From an uncultured Solirubrobacterales bacterium (GTDB lineage Bacteria > Actinomycetota > Thermoleophilia > Solirubrobacterales > Solirubrobacteraceae), in assembly GCA_963812225.1 (NCBI GenBank), contig CAWEUN010000004.1:106308-170307 (forward strand): a stretch of 64,000 bases of DNA, written 5' to 3'. Shown here piece after piece: positions 49,812-61,036 of the stretch; the first letter of the stretch is position 1, and every line of letters begins with the position of its first letter. The notes below the pieces were generated by a model that saw nothing but the letters and a program-made list of their open reading frames with translations, had not been told where the DNA came from and did not search any database. Position numbers and translations under genes: made by a program.

Positions 49812-52151
49812 CTACGTAAGCTCGCGCTCGACCTGGCGGGTGGCGTAGGCCTCGAGCACGTCGCCCTCCTTGACGTCGGCGAAGTCCCGGAGCACGATGC
49901 CGCAGTCGAACCCAGCCGCGACCTCCCTGACGTCCTCGTTGAAGCGCCTGAGGCTGGCGACCTCGCCGTCGTAGACGACCGTCCCGTCCCTGACCAGCCT
50001 CACCTTGGATCCGCGGGTGATCTTGCCCTCGGTCACGTGTGAGCCGGCGATCGTCCCGACGCGCGAGGCGCGGAACAGCTGGCGGACCTCGGCCGAGCCG
50101 AGCGTCTCCTCGACCTCCTCCGGCGCGAGCAGGCCCTGCATCGCGCTGCGGAGATCCTCGATCGCGCGATAGATCACGGAGTAGTGACGGATCTCGACGC
50201 CCTCGCGCTCGGCCGCCGCGCGGGCATCGCCGACCGGGCGCACGTTGAACGCGAGAATGACCGCGTCGGAAGCGGCGGCGAGCATCACGTCTGACTCGGT
50301 CACGGCGCCCACCGCGCTGCGGATCACGCCAACCGACACCTCGTCCTGGGGCAGCTTCGCGATCTCGTCCTCGATCGCCTCGAGCGAGCCGGCGACGTCG
50401 GCCTTCAAAACGAGGTTCAGCTCCTGCAGCCCGGCCTTGAAGATGTCCTCCAGCGAGACGCGCTTGCCGCTGCGACGGGCAAGCGATTCCGTCTTCAGCC
50501 GCGTGGCCCGCTCACCGGCGAGCTGCCGAGCCCGGCGCTCGTGCTCGACGACTCGGACGCGTTCTCCGGCCTGGGGGACGCCGTCGAAGCCGAGGATCTC
50601 GACGGGCTCGCCCGGCGATGCCTGCGACACGCGGGTGCCGAGGAAGTCGTTCATCGCCCGCACACGACCCCAGTGAGCTCCGGCGACGACCGCGTCGCCC
50701 ACTTCGAGCGTGCCCCGGCCGATCAGGATCGTGACCACGGGTCCTCGGCCCGGGTCGAGCTTGGACTCGATCACAGTCCCCGACGCGGCCGTGTTCGGAT
50801 TCGCTCGCAGCTCCTCGAGCTCGGCCATCGTCAGAATCGTGTCCAGTAGATCGTCGAGGCCCTGCTTGGTCTTCGCCGAGACGTCGACGAACTCGGTATC
50901 GCCTTGCCAGTCGGCCGGCTGCAGACCGATGTTGGCCATTTCGGTGCGCACGCGGAGCGGGTCGGCGCCCTCCTTGTCGATCTTGTTGACGGCGACCAGG
51001 ATCGGGACTTCGGCCTCCTTGGCGTGGTCCACCGCCTCCTGGGTCTGCGGCTTGACGCCGTCGTCGGCGGCGACCACGATCACGGCGATGTCGGTCACCT
51101 TCGCGCCGCGAGCGCGCATCGCGGTGAACGCCTCGTGGCCCGGCGTATCCAGGAACGTGATCACGTCGTCGCCGTGGTGGACCTGGTAGGCGCCGATGTG
51201 CTGGGTGATGCCGCCAGCCTCGCCCGCGGCGACCTCGGTCTCGCGGATCGCATCGAGCAGTGACGTCTTGCCGTGGTCGACGTGGCCCATGATCGTGACC
51301 ACCGGCGGCCGCTCGACGAGCTCCTCCTCGGCGTCGTCGTATACGGGTTCGACGATCGTCTCGTCCTCGGAGTGAATGATCTGGACGTCCTTGCCGAGCT
51401 CGGCCGCGAGCACCTGAATCGCCTCGTCCGAAAGCGTCTGGGTGAGCGTCTTGAGCTCCCCGAGCTCCATCAGCTTCTTCATCACCTCGGGGACGGGGAC
51501 GCCGAGGTACTCGGCGACGTCCTTGACGGTCGAGCCCGAGTTGATCTGGACCGCGTCGGGCTCGGCGAGCGCCGTGCGCGACGCGGACGGACGGGCCTCG
51601 GCCTCTTCGTCGTAGACGCCGCGCCGGCGGCGACCACGGCGCTGACGCCTGGGCGGCTGATTCGATTGCGCCGGAGCGCCTCCGGGCGCGCGGCGCGAAG
51701 CCTGTGAGTCGATCACCACGCGGCGCCGGCCGCCAGCGCTACCGGGGGCGCGTTCGCCCTGGAGCGAATCGCGCGTCGGGCGCTCGCGCTTGCCAGGCGC
51801 TCGGCCTCCAGCCTCGCCTGTAGGCGCAGGCTGCTCGGGCCGCGACTCGGATCGGGTCTGCGCCGGCGACTCGGCCGGGTCGGCGCCGTCGGCACGCTCG
51901 CGCTTGGGCGATCCGTCCGCCGGCGCGTCGGTCCGGGACCGTTCGGCTGCCGGCTTGGCCGAGGTGGCTGTCGCCGTCGGAGCCTGCTCGCGGGCGGTCG
52001 CCTCGCCGTTACCGAGCGCTCGCAGTGCCACGGCCTCGTCGACGCTCGAGGACGCCGCCTTGACCTCGATTCCGGCGGCCTTCAGCCTCTCGAGCACCTC
52101 CTTGGCGGTAAGCCCTCGTTCCTTGGCGATCTCGTGGACGCGCTTGTTCAT
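49812..52151 (-). CDS. infB: Translation initiation factor IF-2
   Basis: [17 protein letters not shown]. Confidence 0.98.
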   Translation of the reverse strand: MNKRVHEIAKERGLTAKEVLERLKAAGIEVKAASSSVDEAVALRALGNGEATAREQAPTATATSAKPAAERSRTDAPADGSPKRERADGADPAESPAQTRSESRPEQPAPTGEAGGRAPGKRERPTRDSLQGERAPGSAGGRRRVVIDSQASRRAPGGAPAQSNQPPRRQRRGRRRRGVYDEEAEARPSASRTALAEPDAVQINSGSTVKDVAEYLGVPVPEVMKKLMELGELKTLTQTLSDEAIQVLAAELGKDVQIIHSEDETIVEPVYDDAEEELVERPPVVTIMGHVDHGKTSLLDAIRETEVAAGEAGGITQHIGAYQVHHGDDVITFLDTPGHEAFTAMRARGAKVTDIAVIVVAADDGVKPQTQEAVDHAKEAEVPILVAVNKIDKEGADPLRVRTEMANIGLQPADWQGDTEFVDVSAKTKQGLDDLLDTILTMAELEELRANPNTAASGTVIESKLDPGRGPVVTILIGRGTLEVGDAVVAGAHWGRVRAMNDFLGTRVSQASPGEPVEILGFDGVPQAGERVRVVEHERRARQLAGERATRLKTESLARRSGKRVSLEDIFKAGLQELNLVLKADVAGSLEAIEDEIAKLPQDEVSVGVIRSAVGAVTESDVMLAAASDAVILAFNVRPVGDARAAAEREGVEIRHYSVIYRAIEDLRSAMQGLLAPEEVEETLGSAEVRQLFRASRVGTIAGSHVTEGKITRGSKVRLVRDGTVVYDGEVASLRRFNEDVREVAAGFDCGIVLRDFADVKEGDVLEAYATRQVERELT

Positions 52152-52172
52152 CGGCCTCGCAGTTTACGGCGC

Positions 52173-53540
52173 TCAGGAGGCCGTGTTCTCGGCCGCGGCA
52201 TCGGCGTCCGCGGACTCGCCGTCCGAATCCGCGCCGCGCGCCGTCGCGTCCGCGGACCCGTTCTCCGCCGCGGGCGCGGGACCGGCCTCAACCTCGTCGG
52301 TGTCCTTGTTGGCCAGCGCCTGGTGCGCCTCGATGCCGCAGTAGCGAGAGCCCGGCAGCGCGGCGTTGGGACAGCGGCGACCGTTCGAGAGGATCGCGGC
52401 GCAGCGGCCCTGTGTCTCTTCCTCGTCGTAGCCGTGCTCGGCCTCCTCGGCGGCGAATTCGGTCTCCGAGCGAATGTCGATCCGCCACCCGGTGAGTCGG
52501 GCGGCGAGGCGGGCGTTCTGGCCCTCGCGACCGATCGCCAGCGAGAGCTGGTCGTCGGGCACGATCACGGTAGCTTGCTTCCCCGCGTCATCCACCAGGA
52601 CTTCCCTCACGCGAGCGGGCGAGAGGGCCTTCGCGACGAACCTGGCCGGCTCGTCGTTGTAGGGGATGATGTCGATCTTCTCGCCTCTGAGCTCGGACAC
52701 AACCATGCGCACGCGGGAGCCGCGGGGCCCCACGCACGCGCCGACCGGATCGACGCCGTCGACGTGTGAGACGACCGCGATCTTCGACCGGTAGCCGGGC
52801 TCTCGGGCCACGCCCGTGATCTCGACGAGGCCGTCGGCGATCTCGGGCACCTCGAGCTCGAACAGCGACTTGATCAGCTCGGGGTCGCGGCGCGAGACGA
52901 TGATGCTCGGGCCCTTGGTCGAGTTCGAGACGTCCTTGATCACCGCCTTGATCCGCTGCGAGTGGTCGTAGCGCTCGCCGTCGACCTGCTCGGACTTCGG
53001 CAGCAGCGCTTCGACCCGCTCGCGCAGCTGGACGAGCGTGTAACGAGAGTCTGACTGCTGGACGATGCCGGTGATCAGCTCTCCGACGCGGTCGCGGTAC
53101 TCCTCGAACATCATGTCGCGCTCGGCCTCTCGGATCCGCTGCAGAATGACCTGCTTGGCCGTCTGCGCCGCGATCCGGCCGAAGTCGTCGGGGGTGACGT
53201 CCTCGACCTCGATCTGATCCTCGTACTCCTTGAGCTTCTCGAGGTCGATCTCGGGCTCGGGCGGCTCGCGCATCTCCCCGGTCTCCGGGTCGACGGTCGG
53301 CTGCAGGTCGGTGGTGGCCTCGATCAGCAGCTGCTCCTCCAGCTCCGGCGGGATCTTCAGCTCCCACACCTTGTAGTCGCCGCTGTCGCGATCCATCTCG
53401 ACCTTCGCATACGGCGCCGAGCCCGGCGTCTTCTTATAGGCCGACAGCAGCGCGTCCTCGAGCGCTTCCATCAGCTTCTCGAGGGAGATGTTCTTCTCAG
53501 CTGCGAGGCCCCGTAGCGCCTCAACGATCTCACGTGACAT
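52173..53540 (-). CDS. nusA: Transcription termination factor NusA with C-terminal CCCH extension
   Basis: [12 protein letters not shown]1 and KH domains, [12 protein letters not shown]. Confidence 0.97.
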   Translation of the reverse strand: MSREIVEALRGLAAEKNISLEKLMEALEDALLSAYKKTPGSAPYAKVEMDRDSGDYKVWELKIPPELEEQLLIEATTDLQPTVDPETGEMREPPEPEIDLEKLKEYEDQIEVEDVTPDDFGRIAAQTAKQVILQRIREAERDMMFEEYRDRVGELITGIVQQSDSRYTLVQLRERVEALLPKSEQVDGERYDHSQRIKAVIKDVSNSTKGPSIIVSRRDPELIKSLFELEVPEIADGLVEITGVAREPGYRSKIAVVSHVDGVDPVGACVGPRGSRVRMVVSELRGEKIDIIPYNDEPARFVAKALSPARVREVLVDDAGKQATVIVPDDQLSLAIGREGQNARLAARLTGWRIDIRSETEFAAEEAEHGYDEEETQGRCAAILSNGRRCPNAALPGSRYCGIEAHQALANKDTDEVEAGPAPAAENGSADATARGADSDGESADADAAAENTAS

Positions 53541-53544
53541 GGAT

Positions 53545-53964
53545 TCAGTCTCCGGGAACTAGGTTGGACCTGGCGATCTGCGCGTAGGGGATCGTCACGA
53601 TCCCGTCGCCGGCGGCGATCGTGACGTCCTCGTCGGAAGCGCCCACGAGTTCGCCGGTCAGGCTCTTGTGACCGTCCTTGGCCTCGCGCAGGCGTACGCG
53701 GGCGTGGCGACCGAGGAACCGGGTGTAGTGCTGCGGCTTGGTGAGTGGACGGTCCTGGCCGGGCGAGGAAACCTCGAGCGTATATCGCTCGCTGTAGTCG
53801 CCGAGCCGCCCGGACACGCGCTCACACAGCGCCAGCGTCACGCCATCGGGATGGTCGATGAACAGGCGCAGCGTGGAGCCTGAGACGACCTCAGCGAGCA
53901 GCACCTCGACCTCGGGCTCGGCCTTGGTGAGCCGATCCTCGATCTCCGCATGAAGTGCACTCAC
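53545..53964 (-). CDS. rimP: Ribosome maturation factor RimP
   Basis: LRLFID, CERVS, LEVSSPG..RPL. Confidence 0.93.
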   Translation of the reverse strand: MSALHAEIEDRLTKAEPEVEVLLAEVVSGSTLRLFIDHPDGVTLALCERVSGRLGDYSERYTLEVSSPGQDRPLTKPQHYTRFLGRHARVRLREAKDGHKSLTGELVGASDEDVTIAAGDGIVTIPYAQIARSNLVPGD

Positions 53965-53985
53965 TGTCTCCTCCGTCTCAACCTC

Positions 53986-54013
53986 ATAAAAAAAGCGGGC
54001 CAACGCCCACTTC
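53986..54013 (-). promoter_or_regulatory. rimP-leader-like hairpin/terminator
   Basis: AAGTGGGC-GTTG-GCCCGCTT followed by a T-run, just upstream of rimP. Confidence 0.7.
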
Positions 54014-54128
54014 CGGTACTACACCGGGAAAGCGCCCCGGCGCGAAAGCTGTGGGTTTCAGGGTAGCACCAGGATGTACGAGCAGGTGCACGCCTCCGTT
54101 CGAGGGGGCGTACACCCCCTCCGGCGCA

Positions 54129-54497
54129 TTATGATCTTGCGGCGGCGGCTCTGGCCCGGTCGCGGTAGACCCGGTAATCGCGCCGGCCGGGTTGCAGGCA
54201 CGCGGCCAGCGCCAGCGGCTTGCGCGCCTCGGCGTGACGTCCCAGCATCTGCAGCGAACGGCCGAGGCAGAACAGCGCGTAGTCGTTGGTCGGCGCCCGC
54301 TCGATCACGGCCTCGAACTCCGCGGCGGCCTGTTCGTAGCGCTGGGTGTGAAACAGAGCACGCCCGAGCGCCTCGCGAATCGAGGTCTTATCAGGCGCCA
54401 GGTCACGCGCCCGCGAGAGCGGGATCGTCGCCTGATGGTTGTGCCCGGCCTCGAGCAGCTCCGTGCCGCGCCGGAACAGGTCGTACAAGTCGTCCAT
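54129..54497 (-). CDS. Small TPR protein
   Basis: TPR-like helices (EALGRALF, YALFCLGRSL). Confidence 0.82.
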   Translation of the reverse strand: MDDLYDLFRRGTELLEAGHNHQATIPLSRARDLAPDKTSIREALGRALFHTQRYEQAAAEFEAVIERAPTNDYALFCLGRSLQMLGRHAEARKPLALAACLQPGRRDYRVYRDRARAAAARS

Positions 54498-56812
54498 CAA
54501 GCGGAGTGTAGGCCCCGCTGCGGGTCCCTCGACGCAGGCCACCGCAGACGGAAGCGGGGCGGCAGCGCCCACAGGGCCCGGACTCTGCCGATCAGGCCGA
54601 GCCCCGGTCGCAGCTGGGCGCGAAGCGCCCGCCGCTGTGCTCCGGACGGGAGTCCGGAACCGCCGGCGAACCGCGAGAGCCGGAGGTTGCGTACGTACGC
54701 CTGCGCGTCCGGGGAGCCGCTGAACCGGTGTTCGAGTCCCGCCAGCGTGGTCCCGGTCGGCATGCGGCGCCCGGACCGAGCGAACGCCCGCTCGAGCTCG
54801 GCCAGCAGCTCATCGTTCGTCGGATCGTGCAGTCGAAGCGTCGCTCGCAGCGCCACGGCCAGGAGTGCGAGAACGGCCGCCAGCGCGATCCAGGCGGCCA
54901 CCGGGGTGCCGCCGCTCTGAGGATGCGTCGTGGTCGGCACGCGACCCGCCGCGCTCTTGAGGCCGTGTGAGGCGGGTTTCGCACCGGCGCCCTTCGTCGA
55001 GCCCTGGACCACCGACAGGGGGATGTGGCCGCCGAGCGCCGGCGCGATCGCCGGCGTCGGGTCGAACCGGACCCAACCGTACCCCGGGAACCACGCCTCC
55101 ACCCACGCGTGGGCGTCGGTGTCCGCGACCACGTAGCTCTTCGTCGCGCCGTTGTACTGGCCGGTCGTGAACCCCGTGGCCACCCGTGCCGGGATTCCGC
55201 CCATCCGCAGCAGCAGCGCCATCGAGCCGGCGAACTGCTGGCAGTAGCCCTTCTTGGTATCGAACAGGAACGTCTCGAGCGGATAGCGGCTCGATTGCAC
55301 GGCCTGGTCATACGAGTACGCGCCCGAGTCGAGGTAGCGCTTGACGGCCAGCGCGTAGGCGTATGGGGTCGTCGCGTGACGCTCGAGGCGGCGAGCCAGC
55401 GCGTAGGCTCGGGCGTATGGCGAGTTGGCGAGCGCGACCGCTGGATTCGGGGTGCTCGGGCTGTACGCGACCGAGATCCGCGACCCAAACGGGGCGAAGA
55501 ACACTTGCTGGTAGGCCGGCACCACGGGAAGGGCCCCGTTCCCGCCGGACGGCGAGGAGTTCGAGGGTATGACGAGCGACAGGTAGGCGGGCAGCAGCGC
55601 GGCGGGGTAGTCGGTCCCGGCGGCGGTCAGCTGCGACGCGCTCGGGTGGGGGTCGTACGCCGTGACGTCGTAGCTGTCCCCCGGCCCGAGGCCGGTCGGG
55701 TCGACCCACGTCCCCTCGCTGAGGCCGGAAACCAGGCTGCCCGCGTGCGTCGGCTCTGCGGCCACGCCCGCCGCGATCAGGTTCGTGGTGTTCATGCCGC
55801 GGATCGTCACGTGGAGGGTCTGGGTCCACCGCTGGAGGTTGGCCGGAGCAATCGTGCCCTCGGCGTCCGGGGCCTGCACGCTCTGCGCGACCCAACCGCG
55901 CCCGTCGAACACGTCGAGATCCTCCGCCTTCCAGTAGTCGGGGTGACGCGCCTGGATGTCGAGCACCTCCTTGCCGTTCTGCGGCCAGTGCAGCGGCCCG
56001 TAGCGCTGCGTCCAGTCGAACGACTCCGGGTGCGCCGGGGCAAGATTCCCGGCGATGGCCTGGTAGTTCAGCCATGGCGTGTGGCTGTCGAGCCGGGGCG
56101 CCGCGATCATCGCCGCCGCCCCTGCGAGCAGCGCGAGCACGGTCGCCGTCACGAGGTCGCCCTGCCGGATCCGATCGCCCCACATGAACGCCGACACGAG
56201 CAAGAACAGAAACAGGCCCTGGAGGTAGGGAAGCTCCGGGCGCACCAGCGTCGCGGGGACGACGGCGAGCGCGACCAGCGCTACCGCCGCAGCCGCGCGA
56301 CGGCCCTCGCCGAGCCGGCCCGGGGCGAGCGCGACGATCAGCGCGGCATCGAGGAGGAGGATGCCGGCGCCCAGCACCATCACGGTCCGAATCCACTGGT
56401 TGATCCCGAGATACGGCAGCAACACCCGGGGCAGACCGGACAGGCCTTCGCTGATCCCGTCCGCGGTCACGGCGATCCGGAAGTGCCTGACCCACGCGAA
56501 CGGCACTCCAGCGAGCGCAAACGCGGCCAGCAACGACACGGCCGCGAGGAGGCCGATGGCGAGGCGGCTGCGTCCGGCGATCGCCGTTCCCGCCCCGACC
56601 AGCACCAGCGCCAACCCGAGGAGACCGAGCAGCCGCCACACGGGGGCGGGGCTCATCAGCGTCGCCCAGCGGAGCGTTCCGTAGAGTCCGAGCGCGGCGA
56701 ACGCGACGAACCGCACCACCGGGCGGTCGTCAGCGACCGTGGCGGCGCGCCGGGAGTGCCCGCGCGCGGTGCCGGCCGGGACCAGGACAGCGACGTCGGA
56801 GCCGGCGCTCAC
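54497..56812 (-). CDS. Membrane transglutaminase-like protein (TgpA type)
   Basis: Multi-TM N-terminus; GYCQQFA, AHAWVE, FDPTP catalytic triad. Confidence 0.92.
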   Translation of the reverse strand: MSAGSDVAVLVPAGTARGHSRRAATVADDRPVVRFVAFAALGLYGTLRWATLMSPAPVWRLLGLLGLALVLVGAGTAIAGRSRLAIGLLAAVSLLAAFALAGVPFAWVRHFRIAVTADGISEGLSGLPRVLLPYLGINQWIRTVMVLGAGILLLDAALIVALAPGRLGEGRRAAAAVALVALAVVPATLVRPELPYLQGLFLFLLVSAFMWGDRIRQGDLVTATVLALLAGAAAMIAAPRLDSHTPWLNYQAIAGNLAPAHPESFDWTQRYGPLHWPQNGKEVLDIQARHPDYWKAEDLDVFDGRGWVAQSVQAPDAEGTIAPANLQRWTQTLHVTIRGMNTTNLIAAGVAAEPTHAGSLVSGLSEGTWVDPTGLGPGDSYDVTAYDPHPSASQLTAAGTDYPAALLPAYLSLVIPSNSSPSGGNGALPVVPAYQQVFFAPFGSRISVAYSPSTPNPAVALANSPYARAYALARRLERHATTPYAYALAVKRYLDSGAYSYDQAVQSSRYPLETFLFDTKKGYCQQFAGSMALLLRMGGIPARVATGFTTGQYNGATKSYVVADTDAHAWVEAWFPGYGWVRFDPTPAIAPALGGHIPLSVVQGSTKGAGAKPASHGLKSAAGRVPTTTHPQSGGTPVAAWIALAAVLALLAVALRATLRLHDPTNDELLAELERAFARSGRRMPTGTTLAGLEHRFSGSPDAQAYVRNLRLSRFAGGSGLPSGAQRRALRAQLRPGLGLIGRVRALWALPPRFRLRWPASRDPQRGLHSA

Positions 56813-57942
56813 GCTGCCGTCTCCTCCTGGGACCGGGCGCGCGGCCCCACGGCGAAGCCCTGACAGCCGGTCACCTCGAAGCTCGGGCGGCCGGGCGGGA
56901 GCGTCTCCAGATCCTTGGGAAGCACGATCACGAGCGTGCCCGGACCGGCAGCCGCGAGGGCGGCGGGAAGCCGGTCAACGGGTTGCACCGCCACGTAGAA
57001 GACCGGCCCGAGGCGCGCGGCGCCGTCGAGCCGCGGTGGCCGCGTGTCGGGGCCTCCCTCGACGAGTGCGAGGCGGGCGTGAGCCGTGGGCCAGCTCCCC
57101 AGATCCGGTTCCACGCCGAGCGCGCGGCGCTCGCCGGGGAGCAGCAGCCGACATCCCCCCAGCCGGGCCAGCTCGAGCGTCAGCGAGGCCGCCGCTCGCA
57201 CGGCGGCGTCGAGCTGGTCCTCGCGAAATCGTCCCCGAGCATCGAGCACGACGAGAGGACGCGTGTCGCGGTCGGCACGGAGCCGGCGCTCGAGCAGTCC
57301 GGCGCCGCGAGCGAGCGCCGGCCAGTGAATCCGCGATGCGGGGGTCCCCGGACGGTAGGGCCGCAGCCCGTCGACGTCGATCGCCGCCATCGGCTCAGCG
57401 AGCGAGCGACCCTCGCTGCGCTGTGGCGGCACCCCGCGGCCCCCCGTGCCCCAGCGGACCCGCTCCGTGTGCGGCAGCACGAGCAGCTCCTGCGCCGGTC
57501 CGTGGGCGGTCTTGACGAGGTGCGCGAGCTCGAGCGGATCCTGGACGACGAGCGACGGCGGCTCGAGCCGGCGCAAGCCGCGGCGCATGAAGCGCGTGAC
57601 GATCCGCACGTCCGCGACCCGGCCTCCGTGGATCAACGACATCGGGGCCCTGAGCACCACAGGACCGGACGCGAGCGGATCGCGCAGCTCGGCGCCCGGA
57701 AGCCCGAGCCAGCCGCGCCGCACTTCGATCATCGCCTCGAGCGGCTCCATCTCGACGACGCGGTCGACGTGCAGCTTGCGGGTAAGCGTCGCGGGCCGGG
57801 CGGCCAGCCATACCCAGGCGGGAGCGCCGAGGCCGATCACGACGAAGGCGATGCCCGGGACGAACAGCGGCGCAGCGTCAAATGTCAGCGCAACGAGGGT
57901 GAGCACCACGCCGGCGAGCGCCACACCGATCGCGCGTTTCAC
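56809..57942 (-). CDS. DUF58 protein
   Basis: LRPYRPG..SRIHWP; located between MoxR and the transglutaminase. Confidence 0.9.
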   Translation of the reverse strand: MKRAIGVALAGVVLTLVALTFDAAPLFVPGIAFVVIGLGAPAWVWLAARPATLTRKLHVDRVVEMEPLEAMIEVRRGWLGLPGAELRDPLASGPVVLRAPMSLIHGGRVADVRIVTRFMRRGLRRLEPPSLVVQDPLELAHLVKTAHGPAQELLVLPHTERVRWGTGGRGVPPQRSEGRSLAEPMAAIDVDGLRPYRPGTPASRIHWPALARGAGLLERRLRADRDTRPLVVLDARGRFREDQLDAAVRAAASLTLELARLGGCRLLLPGERRALGVEPDLGSWPTAHARLALVEGGPDTRPPRLDGAARLGPVFYVAVQPVDRLPAALAAAGPGTLVIVLPKDLETLPPGRPSFEVTGCQGFAVGPRARSQEETAA

Positions 57943-57958
57943 GGCCCGCTCGGCTCCC

Positions 57959-58924
57959 TCACAGCGCTCGGACGGACGACAGCGCGTCGACGATCACGTC
58001 GGCCGCGGCGTTCCGCGGGCACTCCGGCGCGAGCAGCAACCGGTGCGCGAGAACCGGGACCGCGAGCGCCTGGACGTCGTCGGGGAGCGCATGGTCGCGT
58101 CCGCGCATCATCGCCTGGGCCTTGGCCGCTCGCAGCAGCATCAGCCCCGCTCTCGGACTCGCCCCGAGTTCGACGCGCGGATCCTCGCGGGTTCGCCATA
58201 GGAGTCTGACCACGTAGTCGCGCAGCGCGTCGGATGCCTGCACGCGCGCCGCGGCATCCTGCGCCGCGAGTACCTCGGCGGCGGTGGCGACCGCCGTGAG
58301 CGTCAGGACCCGGTCGCCGCTCTCGTGGTCGGCGAGCATTCCCGCCTCGGCCGCGCGGTCGGGGTAACCCAGTGAGATCCGCGCCATGAAGCGGTCGACC
58401 TGCGCCTCGGGCAAGGGGTAGGTGCCCTCGTACTCGATCGGGTTCTGCGTCGCCAGCACGAGGAAAGGTCGCGCCAGCTCGTGCGTCTGGACATCGACCG
58501 TGACGCATCGCTCCTGCATGCACTCGAGCAGACCAGACTGCGTCTTGGGCGAGGCGCGGTTGATCTCGTCTACCAGCACGATGTTGGCGAACACGGGGCC
58601 GGGCCGGAACTCGAACCGCTGCTCGCGCTGGTCGTAGACGTTGACGCCGACGACGTCCGCCGGTAGCAGGTCCGACGTGCACTGCACGCGCGCGTACTGG
58701 CAGTCGATCGAGCGCGCGAGCGCGCGTGCGAGCGCGGTCTTGCCGACGCCCGGATAGTCCTCGACCAGCAAGTGGCCCTCGGCGAGCATCACGACGATCA
58801 GGTGCTCGAGCGTCTCGGGGCGGACCTGCACTGCGCGCGCGATATTCGCCGCTATGCGCCGCGCGATCGCGGCGAGCGCTTCAGATTCGTGCGGCGCTGT
58901 GGGCGCTTGCTCTGGCGGTTCCAC
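57959..58924 (-). CDS. MoxR-family AAA+ ATPase
   Basis: PGVGKT, DLLPAD, DEINRASPKTQS, ATQNP. Confidence 0.95.
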   Translation of the reverse strand: MEPPEQAPTAPHESEALAAIARRIAANIARAVQVRPETLEHLIVVMLAEGHLLVEDYPGVGKTALARALARSIDCQYARVQCTSDLLPADVVGVNVYDQREQRFEFRPGPVFANIVLVDEINRASPKTQSGLLECMQERCVTVDVQTHELARPFLVLATQNPIEYEGTYPLPEAQVDRFMARISLGYPDRAAEAGMLADHESGDRVLTLTAVATAAEVLAAQDAAARVQASDALRDYVVRLLWRTREDPRVELGASPRAGLMLLRAAKAQAMMRGRDHALPDDVQALAVPVLAHRLLLAPECPRNAAADVIVDALSSVRAL

Positions 58925-60161
58925 CGTCCTCCTCTCTCAATCTTCTCAGACGTTCTACTTCGTCTAAGACGACTTGGGCGACCTGTTTCTTGCTCGTGCG
59001 CGAAACGAGCCGCTCGGATCCGTCTTTCAACAGGACGGTCACCTCATTGTCGAGTGTGTCGAATCCGACCCCCGACGAAATGTCGTTGACGACGACCATG
59101 TCGAGGCCCTTGCGTTCGAGCTTGTCGCGGCCGTAGGCGGTCGCGTCGTGGCCGTGCTCGGCCGCGAAGCCCACAAGCACCTGGTCGTCGCGCCGCCGAG
59201 CGGCAAGGGCGCTGAGCACGTCGGCCGTCGGCTCGAGCTCAATCGTGGGCACGCCGGCGGCCTTCTTCAGCTTGCTCTCCGCCGGGGCGGCCGGACGGAA
59301 GTCCGCGACCGCCGCGGCCATCAGCAATACGTCGCAGTTATCGAATCTCCGCTCACATGCGTCGCCGAGCTCGGCCGCCGTCCCGACCTCGATGACCCGG
59401 ATGCCGGGTGGCGGCTCGAGGGTCACGTTGGCCGCTACCACCGTCACCTCGGCGCCTCGCCGCGCCGCCTCGCCGGCGAGCGCGTAGCCCATCCGCCCCG
59501 AGGAGCGATTGCCGATGTAGCGCACGCTGTCGATCGGCTCCCGAGTGCCTCCGGCACTCACCAGCACCCGCAGCCCCGCCCACGTCGACCCGGTCAGTAA
59601 CGCCTCGGCCGCGGCCAGTAGCTGTGGCGGCTCAGCGAGGCGTCCGATCCCGTGCTCGCCGAACGACGCGAGCTCGCCCTCGCCCGGAGCAACGACCGTG
59701 ACGCCGCGGGCCTCGAGCCGCTCGAGGTTGGCCTGGGTGGCCGGATGCAGGTACATCCGGTTGTTCATCGCCGGAGCGACGACGACGGGGCAGGCGGCCG
59801 CCAGCGCGGCCGTCGTCACGAGGTTGTCGGCCTGCCCGGCAGCCAGTTTCGCGATCGTATTCGCGCTGGCGGGAGCGATCAGGTACAGATCCGCACGCTC
59901 GACCAGCGCGAGGTGGGTGATCGGCGCCCGCTCCGGCAGCGGCTCGCCGGGGTAGGAGCCCCGCGCCGGATCGGGCTCGAACTCGCCGATCAGCACGGGC
60001 GCGCCGGTGATGCCCTCAAACGATGGCCGCCCGACGAACCGCTCGCTCGTCGGGGTCTGGATCACCCGCACGGAGTGACCGGCCTTGATCGCCAGCCGCG
60101 CCGTCTCGAGCGCCTTGTAGGCCGCGATCCCGCCGCTCACCCCGAGGAGCAACCGGGCCAT
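58881..60161 (-). CDS. coaBC: Phosphopantothenoylcysteine decarboxylase/ligase
   Basis: GGIAAYK, APAMN, GGTREPID, NRSSGRMG, AAVADF. Confidence 0.96.
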   Translation of the reverse strand: MARLLLGVSGGIAAYKALETARLAIKAGHSVRVIQTPTSERFVGRPSFEGITGAPVLIGEFEPDPARGSYPGEPLPERAPITHLALVERADLYLIAPASANTIAKLAAGQADNLVTTAALAAACPVVVAPAMNNRMYLHPATQANLERLEARGVTVVAPGEGELASFGEHGIGRLAEPPQLLAAAEALLTGSTWAGLRVLVSAGGTREPIDSVRYIGNRSSGRMGYALAGEAARRGAEVTVVAANVTLEPPPGIRVIEVGTAAELGDACERRFDNCDVLLMAAAVADFRPAAPAESKLKKAAGVPTIELEPTADVLSALAARRRDDQVLVGFAAEHGHDATAYGRDKLERKGLDMVVVNDISSGVGFDTLDNEVTVLLKDGSERLVSRTSKKQVAQVVLDEVERLRRLREEDGGTARASAHSAARI

Positions 60162-60167
60162 GGGGGG

Positions 60168-60395
60168 CTACCGGTAGTGGTACTTCAACTTGCCCTGCGC
60201 GACTTCCTCGAGCGCGATCGTCAGATAGTTCTTCGAGCGCGTCTCAACCATGGGCGGCGGGAACTCGTCAAACGTGCCCTCGCCGAGGTTGTGGTAGTAG
60301 GAGTTGATCTGCCGCGCGCGCTTGGCGGCGACGATCACGCTCGCATAGTCGGAGTCGACGTGCTCGAGCAGCTTGTCGATTCTGGGTGAGATCAT
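60168..60395 (-). CDS. rpoZ: RNA polymerase omega subunit
   Basis: AAKRARQI, IALEE. Confidence 0.95.
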   Translation of the reverse strand: MISPRIDKLLEHVDSDYASVIVAAKRARQINSYYHNLGEGTFDEFPPPMVETRSKNYLTIALEEVAQGKLKYHYR

Positions 60396-61018
60396 CGAAT
60401 TAGGTCCGTTTCTTCGGGGTCCCCAAGGTTAGCGTCCCGTTGCCCCCGTGTCGCCGCCAGTGCCCTCTGCACGATCGCAGCCAGCTGGTCGGTGGCGTCC
60501 TCGAGTCGATCGTTGACCACCACGTGCGTGAATTCCGGCTGTGCCTTCAGCTCGCGCTCGGCCGTCCGGAGCCGCTCATCGACCTGGTCCGGGCTGTCGG
60601 TCCCCCGCCCCACCAGGCGTGCGCGCAGCGCTTCCAGCGACGGCGGGGCGATGAACACCGCGGTCGCCTCGGGGATTGTCTCGCGGACCTGGCGCGCGCC
60701 CTGCACCTCGATCTCGAGCACGACGGGAATCCCCGCATCAAGGCAACGCTCGAGCTCGGAGCGCAGCGTCCCGTAGCGGTTCCCCGAGTACGTGGCGTGC
60801 TCGACGAAACCGCCCTCGGCGACGCGGCGGTCGAACTCCGCCGGGGTCAGGAAGTGGTAGTCGAAGCCGTCCCGCTCACCCGGCCGTGGGGCCCGGGTCG
60901 TCGCCGACACCGAGAGGGCCAACGCGGGGATCCGTTCCATTAGCCCGCGGATCAGCGTGCCCTTGCCCACCCCGGAGGGTCCGGTGATGACGAAGACGTT
61001 TGAACCCCTCGTCACCAC
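60392..61018 (-). CDS. gmk: Guanylate kinase
   Basis: GPSGVGKG, TTRAPRPGE, YGT. Confidence 0.97.
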   Translation of the reverse strand: MVTRGSNVFVITGPSGVGKGTLIRGLMERIPALALSVSATTRAPRPGERDGFDYHFLTPAEFDRRVAEGGFVEHATYSGNRYGTLRSELERCLDAGIPVVLEIEVQGARQVRETIPEATAVFIAPPSLEALRARLVGRGTDSPDQVDERLRTAERELKAQPEFTHVVVNDRLEDATDQLAAIVQRALAATRGQRDANLGDPEETDLIR

Positions 61019-61036
61019 AGGACGCCGACGCGACGT

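Noticed and set aside
5883-58209. Many long alternative-frame or antisense ORFs (e.g. 29005-31749 +, 19414-21471 -, 5883-7613 +, 55025-56863 +)
   Set aside because: They are shadows of well-supported genes in high-GC DNA, with R/A/G/P-rich translations and no motifs.
54497-58924. MoxR-DUF58-transglutaminase cluster as a novel system
   Set aside because: A widespread, already recognised gene trio.
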